A DNA stretch of 63,668 bases, the filler included, from Intoshia linei (Eukaryota > Animalia > Orthonectida), in NCBI GenBank assembly GCA_001642005.1. It is 5 parts of 5 records of this genome, joined end to end, with 100 filler letters (N's around TTAATTAATTAA, not from the genome) between each part and the next. Parts side by side here need not be neighbours in the genome. Positions count along the whole stretch, not along the records: positions 31,117 to 60,626 come from LWCA01000382.1; positions 60,727 to 63,668 come from LWCA01002292.1; 3 more parts are not named here. One strand, given 5' to 3'. This document shows, piece by piece, positions 54,186 to 63,668 of this stretch. A model generated the notes under the pieces. It was given only the letters and a program-made list of their open reading frames with translations, did not search any database and was not told where the DNA came from. How positions within the stretch are numbered: position 1 is the stretch's first letter; every line of letters begins with the position of its first letter. The translations under genes and the position numbers were made by a program.

Positions 54186-55199
54186 CTATTTTGAAATTAG
54201 AAAAATTAAAAAATTAAGTCCGAGAATTTAGAATAATATCATAGTTAATACTTTATTTTCCAGTTAATATACAGGATATTTTTCAATATGATAAAATATA
54301 TTAACATTAGCTAGCTCTATCGAGGGCGAACTTTTCTAATATTACCTCAAAAAAATGAAATTCAATCTGGGGTTGAAATTTTGTATTAATATCAACTGAA
54401 TTAAGCTCTATCAAAATAACCTTTTTTTTTAATTTTTGCACATTTAATTATTTCACATTTTTTGTTTTAATAAAATATTTTGGAAAGAAAGTATATGAAT
54501 ATTAAAATGCTGTTGTGACTGTGAAGTCATTTATTTAGATTGAAATTTTTTTAAAATCTAGGGCTGATTTCATAAAAAAAAGGTAATTTGGGATTTTGGC
54601 CCTGAAGATATATTTTTTTTAAATTTAAATTAATGATAATATTTATGATTTTAAAATCCGTATCAGAGTATACATTTTTTTTAATTCTCTAACTTGTTTA
54701 TTTTCAAAAAAAAATGACAATTGGGCTTTTTGAAGCGTATAATGTGAGTTTGGCAGGTTGAAATTTATTTTGCTAACACCCCGGAACAGGACCGTGGAGA
54801 GGGGGGCTAGGGCCTATATGGCCCGGGCCTACAATCATAGGGGGCCTACTTTTTAAATTTAATAATAGGTAATGTTGGAAAATTATCGTATAATATAATG
54901 TTCCATTAACATTAAAATTAGTGCTGTGTAAATAGCTTATATAACACTGTCCAACATTGCAAAAAGAAACTTAATGTAACATATATTAAAATAATTAGCT
55001 AATTTTTGTCATTCTAACGATATACATATTTTTATAATTGAAGATCTAAAAATGGTGATATTTTAATTAGTAATTTTATTATTCTATTAAATTTTTACCC
55101 ACAAAAAACATAGTGACATGTTTTACATGTCAAATAAAGTTTTTATTACATCTTTCAATTAATTAAAGCGATGATTTAATTTCATAATTGCATTCTCAC

Positions 55200-55699
55200 G
55201 AAACATTTAAACAAGATTTAAACAAAGAATTACAATGTCGAACACGTATACTACAAACTTATTGCGACCAACATAAATTTTTCCTAATCTCAGCGACACT
55301 AAATTAATGGCTGGTATATTAAATGGCCCACAAATTAGAAAACTATTAAAAGATGTACATTTTCGATCTATCCTTAAACCTGAAAAAAAAGATGCGTTTA
55401 ATGCTTTGGAAAATGTAATCTCATTTTTTCTTTGAAACAATCGATCTGAAAATTACAAGGATTTAATCGAAGAGTTATTGATAAAATACCAAGAAATGAA
55501 CTGCCTTTATACCATAAAAATGCATTACCTAGAATATCATTTAGATTTCTTTGCGTTAAACTGCGGTATGTGGTCAGACGAAAAGGGTGAAAAATTTCAT
55601 CAAACTATGATGTTATATGAAAGACGTTTTGGAAGATGTAGAACATTAAATATGATTTGTGATTTTGTTTGGTGGTGTTCAATAAAAAATAAATTTTAA
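55200..55699 (+). mobile_element. C-terminal transposase fragment (Chapaev/Transib-RAG-related type)
   Basis: GILNGPQIRKLL and KMHYLEYHLDFF..NCG..SDEKGEKFHQ. Confidence 0.55.
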
Positions 55700-56657
55700 A
55701 TTTATCTAATTATTACTTTTTTTATTAAATATTTTTAATTGATACCTTCTTATATCTTAATTTTTGAAATTTATGTCTATCACTTAAATCCTTGATATTG
55801 AACAAGATTCGTCCAGGGGTAACCCGAAAAAGTTGATTTTACGTGTAATGTAAGTAGTACATCTAGAAAATTTTTATTTCATATTGTTTATCGATGTTGC
55901 CTTCAAATTAGCGTTAATTAATTAAGGTAATTAAATAATTAATGACAATTTTTTTAATACATATGTAAACGTGTATGTCTATCTGTCATTTTACCATTTG
56001 TAATATACAATATTAATTGTAAATAGACCTTACGATGGAGTGTACTTTTTTAAAAAAAAACTTTGACCCTTAATTAAATCCAAAGTCCATCTTAAAATTA
56101 ATAAATTTTTTTTAAAAATGGATGTATACTGGTTCACTTACATATAACAATAGTATATAACAAAAGTTTCGGTCAGTTTGTCGAAATTTTGTTGGACAGT
56201 GTAATTATAATTATAGTGTGTGTGTTCAGCTTTATTTAATTAACTACCCGTCTTAGAATTTTATCAAATCCACATTTCAATTACAGTTTTTTCCGGGAGT
56301 GTTCGCAAACTTAATTTGAACCTCCCAAACTCACATCTTACACGTCAAAAATCCAAATTGTCCTTTTTTTGAAAATCAAACAAGTTGGAAAATTTAAAAA
56401 ATGTATATGCTGATACGGATTTTAAAATGGTAAACATTATCATAAATTTAAATTTAAAAAAATTATGTCTTCAGGAACAAAACCACAAATTACCTTTTTT
56501 TTTTTAATGAAAAAAGCTCTAGAATTTTAAAACATTTACAGGTTGTACAATTGTATCCTGTTAACACACACAGAAAATTTCAATCCGAATAAATGACGAC
56601 TTCACTGTCAAAAAAGCATTTTAGTATTCATATTTTTTTTTCGAAATATTTTATTAA

Positions 56658-58692
56658 CAGTAAGCGTCACCTACATGGCCTATAAGAAAAAAAGTGTGTT
56701 GCAATTTAAATTTTAAATATGTATGTGTCTAATAAAGTTTATATCTAGCAAATTTATGTGTAAATGGTAAAAATTAAAATTGCGTCATGATTTGCTTTGT
56801 GATTATTTCTAAATTCATAATTCATTATTAATGAATCATTTATAATTATGATGAATCATTAGCAATGCTATACACAAAATTTTCACTAATTATTACCCAA
56901 AACACACGTAATGGCTTTAGGGTCTTATATCAACAATATAATTCCCTTTACATAGTCATTGTCATAGAGTACGTAAGATTACATTAAAATTAATTATACA
57001 TTTACCAATTTATAAAATTATGGAGAATGAAAAAATATACAAAGACGCGATTGAATTTGTAAAAAAGAAAAGAAATTAGACATCATTCTTATACAGGCAA
57101 ATAGTCGCCTAGAAAATTTTCAGATAAAATCAAAAACCGGAAAAGGAAAAAAAACCGCATTAGTTAACCCTAATATTCAGACAGCACACCTTTTGAATAG
57201 TGGTCATAATTTATGTTACGATATTTGGAGTGAATACTTAAATATATAACTCAAATATAACTGTACAAGGCAATTGGAAAAGATTCGATATCATGTCTGA
57301 TATTAAACGACTTGACGTAACTGTTATGATTAGAGAATTCTTGAGAGATCGACAGCTGACAAAGTCTAGAACTGTATTTAAAAATATCTTAAATCTGTTA
57401 ATCGAAAATACATATATATCCTCTGCCGAATCGAATTTTTCAAGTAAACTAAGAAAGGTCCAAAGGTTTTTGTCAAAAAATAGATATGAACGTGGCCACC
57501 GAAAAGGAAAACAATTGTACATTCACGTCAATTATGCTCGACATGACGATTCTCTGTATGCTCCGGAAATGATTTGTATTCCGACATCCCCTATAACTCT
57601 GATCTCAACCCTATAGAATTGATATAGGTCATTAGCAAAGGAGAAGTTGGAAAGAGTATTCAATGGGTACAAATTTGTCAATTTTAAAAGATAGACTTAA
57701 AAAATCTTTTGATAATATACATTCAGATACAGTCACTGGATGTATTAGAAAGACAGATTCATACATACAAAAATTGTATTCTGACTTGAAGGATGATGAC
57801 AGTGATGTTGAAGATATCAATGCTTATTTTAAAATGTATGATTTTTTTAGTATTATGTAAAATAAATATATTTTACCCCCCTTTTGAATAGTTTACGGCA
57901 GATAAGAATATTTTTTAACAAATATTGGGATAAAATTAAAGTTGGTGTAAGTGGATTATGGTACATAAAACTTAGAAAATTAAATTATCATGTTTCATAA
58001 TTAGACCCTTCATAATTGTAACTATCAAATGCAATTTTTATAATAACTCAAACTTCAAACCGACGATAACATATTTATAGTATAAGTCAAATTTAACGGA
58101 ATATTTGGAACATTTAAATCAAAATTATAAAATTTTATTCAACTATCCTACTTAGTATTTCGATGAAAATTTTTTCATTTTAAAAATGAATCATCTACAG
58201 ATCAGGACTAATTACACTTGTATATTTTCATTTATAGATGTTTATTTTAGAATAAAAAATTTAAATTATTATTCCGATACTAATGATATATTACCATAAA
58301 AATGATACTTCCCGGGTGGCCAACTAAATATATTGTGGTCATATTTCGATAATTATTATATGTTAAAACACAAGTTACAAATGTTTATTATTCTTAATAA
58401 CAATCATACTTACATGCAAAAATGAACGAAGGCGTGTCAATCTCGTGTCATAATTTTATAACTTTTAATAGCAAGCAATCTCGAACCGAGTTATATTTTG
58501 CTTTGATTTAATTGGTTTTAGTTATTTTTATTTTTAATAATTAGTATTTGTTGTTATGCGTTAATTATTTCGAATTTAAAATATTTGCGCTGTTATGAAT
58601 GAAATGTTTTCTACATTATCTATTTTTTAAATTTTGATTTAACTCTATTTTGAAGCTTTTATTAACATAGGCCATGTAGGTGACATCCACTG
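56658..58692 (+). mobile_element. Decayed IS630/Tc1-superfamily element with 26 bp TIRs
   Basis: cagtaagcgtcacctacatggcctat / ataggccatgtaggtgacatccactg; internal PYNSDLNPIELI DDE remnant. Confidence 0.75.
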
Positions 58693-60837
58693 TTATCAAA
58701 TTTTTTTTTAGATATTAATTCATACAAAGTTTTATTCTCTATTGAAAAATTCAAAATATATGCATAATTCTCTATAGCAGTGGTTCCGATTCAAATAGTT
58801 TACGGACCCCATTTCAAAATATTCATTTTTTTTTACCACAAAGGAAACATGAAATATAAAACGTTTATGAAAAAATTAAAAGTTTTTTCTCATAAGATTT
58901 AGTAAAATTGCGTTTTTTCAAAAACGCATTGAAAAAAAGAAGAAAAATTTTTCTTTACTTATCTTACTTACTTATTATGCTATTATATAATTAAAATACT
59001 CCAAAAACCAAATATTCCATAATACAATTCAAAATTTCAAAATCGTTTGCTCATAAAGAGGTTTATTATTATGTGCTGTTTTAATCACTATTAACCCTTC
59101 GAGACATTTCGACGCATTTTTGAGTCAATTTGTGTAATCAGATAGATTATTGGCTCGTGTATTTTAACATACTTTGAAAATGTAGATCAAATGTATCAAA
59201 AGGCTAAATATTTAAATTTCAAAGTATAAATTTACAGACTGTTAAATACACATTGAACTAAAAAATAATTTATTTATCAATTATATTAATAAAAATTGTA
59301 TTGTATAACCAAGGGTGCTTAAATGTTAGAGCCAAGTCTCAATTTTTTAACACAGATGCATATATCTCTATTTCATTGTACCGCTACATAATGTTTCATC
59401 TAAATATTTCCTTTTTCGAAGTAATACTCCATGGACCGTATTATAACAAAAATTTTTCTCTCTTAAACAATTTCTAAATAATTTAATAGACTAACTATTA
59501 GATATTGTTAACAGCGAAGAGGTTAATTTGTGAGATAAAAACATAATTTTTTATTATAATGTATATATAAAAAAGTGTAATGGATAAAAGCCGAACCTGG
59601 TATACTCGAATTTCTCTCAAAAATCAAAAATAGGCACTAAAATTTTATATAAACGATGTATAATACCATATAACCCGAGCCACTTCTCCACGGGTCTAGA
59701 CATACAGTTTAAATTTGACAGAAAAAATAGTTATGATATTCAAGAATTTAATTTTTTTAAATGATGAAATGATGATCAAAATAATTCGCGGACCCATAGG
59801 GCTCGTGGACATCAGTGTTAGAACTATAGTTTTAGAGAATGAAATTTTTACAGTAAAGTAATTAAACTTTTATTATAATTATATTTTAAATTACCATCTA
59901 TATTTTATTAGGTTTGTATGTATTTGCATTGTACAATTTATATAAATTTAAATTACAACACATGCATTGCAAATTGCAATACATTAAAATATTGTAAATT
60001 GTTGAAGAAAAATTATGTTGAAACTAAGTTTTAAATGACAATCGTATGTAAACTGTACATTGTATTCAATAATGTACTTAAACATTACAATGTACAGTTC
60101 ACAGCGTACATAATTACAAATTAAAAATTATTGTAAAATTTACATCCTATTTAATGATTTATTTATATATGGTACATTAATATACAGTACAACTTGTTTA
60201 AATCAAACCGATTAAGTCAAACGTAATAATCGAAAAGTTGCAGAATTAAATTTTAAGTGTATAACGAAAATGTTTGATACAATATATAAATAAAAATACC
60301 AACTAATGATGATGATATTTTATTATTAGTTTAAAATTCATATTTAATATTTATTAATTGTGTCAATATAACTATGAATATAATATTAATGTTATGTTTA
60401 CATCCTAATAAGTAATTTAATAATAATTTTATTTTTGTAATTTTATAAAGTACATTTGTAATAGTGATTTTAACATTTATATACCAGCTACAAAAAAATT
60501 TTTTAGTCATAAAGTATATGTAAACATAATACACATCTTAAACTAGTATTATTTACGAACTATGATTAAATAACGGTATAACTCCGTAATAACATATAAT
60601 AACATTTTTAGGAAAATATTATCATANNNNNNNNNNNNNNNNNNNNNNNNNNNNNNNNNNNNNNNNNNNNTTAATTAATTAANNNNNNNNNNNNNNNNNN
60701 NNNNNNNNNNNNNNNNNNNNNNNNNNTCACAAGTGAGTTATATCAAAAGTATATATTCGAATCTCGATTAGTATGATAGCTATATATAACTACATTGAGA
60801 GGCCTCACTGTATTTATGATGATGAATAAAAATTTTT

Positions 60838-62087
60838 GATTTAAAATTTAATATAGAGTGTCCATAAGTACTATTTACAATATTCTAGCGATTAATAGCT
60901 AGCCATGGTATATCAGTATTACTGAGCTATTTTCGATATTGCTAATCTATTTAAACTGTTAGTTGTCTAAATGATTATTAGTTGTGAACATTGATATTGT
61001 GCATCAACATCGTGTTTTATTCATTATAAATTCTTTTGTTGAGTAAAACACGCCTTCTTGTATTTACATTTAATTAATTAGTGCTAATTTAGGCTGAGTC
61101 AGCCTGGCTGACCATATTTTTGTCTTACTAAAAGTAGTACTTTTATTGTTTAGTAACAAAATATGATTAATTTTTGATTAGAAAAATGAACATTTAAGTT
61201 AAATTTCAATTTATAAGTTTATTTAGTTTTAAAAAGTACGTAGAAAGTACGACTTTGGAACAGTGCCAAAAGTCGTATTTCTGGTCGACTGTGCGACTCG
61301 CACTAGCTAATTTTAAATTAAAATTAAAAACCATGATGTCAACATGACAACAATAATAATAACCTCTAACGACAATCAATCAATCGACAATTTTATTTAA
61401 CTTTCCCGAAAGATAAATATACAGAAAAATACATGCTCGGAAAAGCCTATGAATCAATAGTGACTAAAATAAGTGGGTTTTGATGAATAGTTTCTTTAAT
61501 ATCTGAACAATTTAAAAATACGAAATTATTTGATGAAAATATTGTAATATTAAAATAAAATAAATAAGAGTAAATAATAAATAAGTAAATAAGAGAGTAA
61601 AGTAAATATAGAAATAAAACAAACAATTGTGAACAAGTGATAATTAAAATATTACAACAAAAAACTAAACTTTTTATTTTAAAAATATAATTGAGCTATA
61701 AAATTGCATAGNGATTTAAAATTTAATATAGAGTGTCCATAAGTACTATTTACAATATTCTAGCGATTAATAGCTAGCCATGGTATATCAGTATTACTGA
61801 GCTATTTTCGATATTGCTAATCTATTTAAACTGTTAGTTGTCTGAATGATTATTAGTTGTGAACATTGATATTGTGCATCAACGTCGTGTTTTATCCATT
61901 ATAAATTCTTTTGTTGAGTAACACGCCTTCTTGTATTTACATTTAATTAATTAGTGCTAATTTAGGCTGAGTCAGCCTGGCTGACCATATTTTTGTAATA
62001 CTAAAAGTAGTACTTTTATTGTTTAGTAACAAAATATGATTAATTTTTGATTAGAAAAATGAACATTTAAGTTAAATTTCAATTTAT
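60838..62087. repeat. ~375 bp direct duplication (60838-61214 and 61713-62087) with a single N at 61712
   Basis: Near-identical copies with a few SNPs/indels. Confidence 0.85.
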
Positions 62088-62199
62088 GGGTGAAACCCTT
62101 TTACCAACCCTTAAAAAAAAATCACTCTATCTGATCCCAAAAGAAAAAACCAAATTTTACCAACTCTCAAGGAAATAATCCCTTTTTACCAATATTTTT

Positions 62200-62622
62200 T
62201 TGAAAAATCTAATTTTGATTAAATTCAAAGATATAATTAATTTAAATACTCTAGATTGGATAATGTTACATTTTGTTGTAAACGTAGAAAATCAATTAAG
62301 AGACGAATTTATTAATATGAAATTTGATTTGGAAACTAAAACTAGGTTTAAATATTCGACACTTGGCAATTACTGGCTAAATCTAGAAAATATGAGAAAT
62401 TACTATAAAATAAACGCAATTTCTGAAAATCTGATGTTGTCATTTCTAACTTCATATATGGTCAATCTGGATTTAGCCATGTCAATTATCTTTTGGGTAA
62501 AAAGAACATGTTTTAACATTGAAAAACATATATGGGTAAATAAAACAAAAATATGTGTCACAGGGGCTGAATGCTCAAAAAAGTTTGAGAATCATCGACT
62601 TAGATATACGATACACGTTTGA
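62200..62622 (+). mobile_element. hAT C-terminal remnant
   Basis: DWIM.., LRDEFINMKFD, YW, LSFLTSYMV resemble the hAT dimerisation domain. Confidence 0.5.
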
Positions 62623-62822
62623 ATTAAAGTTAAAAAGAAATTTACATTATTGTATTAGTAAAGAAATGAAAATTAAATTACAAATTAGATGTTTTGGCTT
62701 ACAATTTATATATGTTAATAATGAAACTTAATACTGAGGTGTAAAATGCATATGAAATAATATATTTTCGACACACCCATTACTGAAATGTCTGTACTTT
62801 GGAGTCTAACTTAGACTTTAAG

Positions 62823-62893
62823 GCAGTGTTTCCCAACCCATTTTGCGTTATCGCCCAGTAAAAATATAATTTTAATTTTAAAATGTAACGTTA
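62823..62893 (+). mobile_element. hAT MITE end, same family as the one at 30579
   Basis: cagtgtttcccaacccatttt.cgttatcg shared with 30579-30612. Confidence 0.6.
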
Positions 62894-63668
62894 TACAGTC
62901 AGCGTCAAAACTATGTCAACAAACTTATTTTTTTTGATAAATTTTTACTTTTTACAATAACTCATATTTAAAATTGATATTATTAATTTTACTTTTATGT
63001 ATATTATAGCAATGGATGCTTTTATCTCAACTTAAATTAAAAACTACGTTTCCATAATTATTTAAATATATTACATCAAAAGAAAATTGAACTTTTTTTA
63101 AATTTTATCAAATGACCACGTCAAAAGTATGTCAACAAAGTATATATTTAGATTTAATTGTTAATTAAAACAGCTATCTTTTGATTTTACTGCAATAAGG
63201 GACAAAAAAATAGAATATATTAGTATATAACCAAATTATGTCATAATTAAAAGAGTCATACGAAATATTAAAACAAAATATAAATTAAATATTATTTAAT
63301 ATTTTTGTGTATTGTTTTTTGTTGACATACTTATGATGCGTCATTTCATTATTTTTTATGTTTGAGATGAGATGGGACATGCAATAAGATGCCGTTAATC
63401 CATTTTTATTTTTTATATGCTGGTTTTTAAATAATGTAAATACAGTATGACGGTTCTGAAATTTTTGATAGACGTCTTCAAAAAAAGTAGCTGAAATTAT
63501 TTGGATGTTGTGATTTAAGGTGATATAATAGGCAGGATGATTTCATAGCTTCGTTTGACAATGTCTTATGACATAACAAACAGAACGGTAATTGTTTCGA
63601 AACACTAAATTCGATAAAACCAAATTTTAAATAATCGGTAGAATATCCACGAACATATTTTTTGGAAG

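Overview
Very AT-rich eukaryotic (metazoan) genomic scaffold. Genes are tightly packed and split by many tiny GT-AG introns (about 33-50 bp), and decayed DNA transposons (hAT/Buster, Tc1/mariner, hATm-like, Chapaev-like) and MITEs are abundant. The compact, divergent style resembles a reduced parasite genome such as an orthonectid (Intoshia); this is inference only. Genes reconstructed by hand from exons: MEX3 (-), a DC-STAMP/DCST-type sperm-fusion RING protein, eIF3m (with a 2.3 kb hAT in an intron), an RRM fragment fused to a truncated SLC16A10-like transporter, DMAP1, JUN (-), DGCR6, STOML2 (3' part missing), PTEN (5' part missing), CDK7 (-), SMIM4/UQCC5, an unannotated 50-aa BRAWNIN/UQCC6-like micropeptide 8 bp downstream of SMIM4, a Ly6/quiver-like GPI protein, a divergent membrane protein, a degenerate TBC-domain protein and a coiled-coil gene (possibly EVC-like, -). 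The most notable feature is a hidden SMIM4-BRAWNIN (sloth1-sloth2-type) bicistron. It is head-to-head with CDK7 and followed 73 bp later by a third same-strand gene, which suggests operon-like transcription. Four N-gaps with TTAATTAATTAA linkers and two single-N duplications are assembly artefacts. All family assignments come from recalled motifs; no database search was run.
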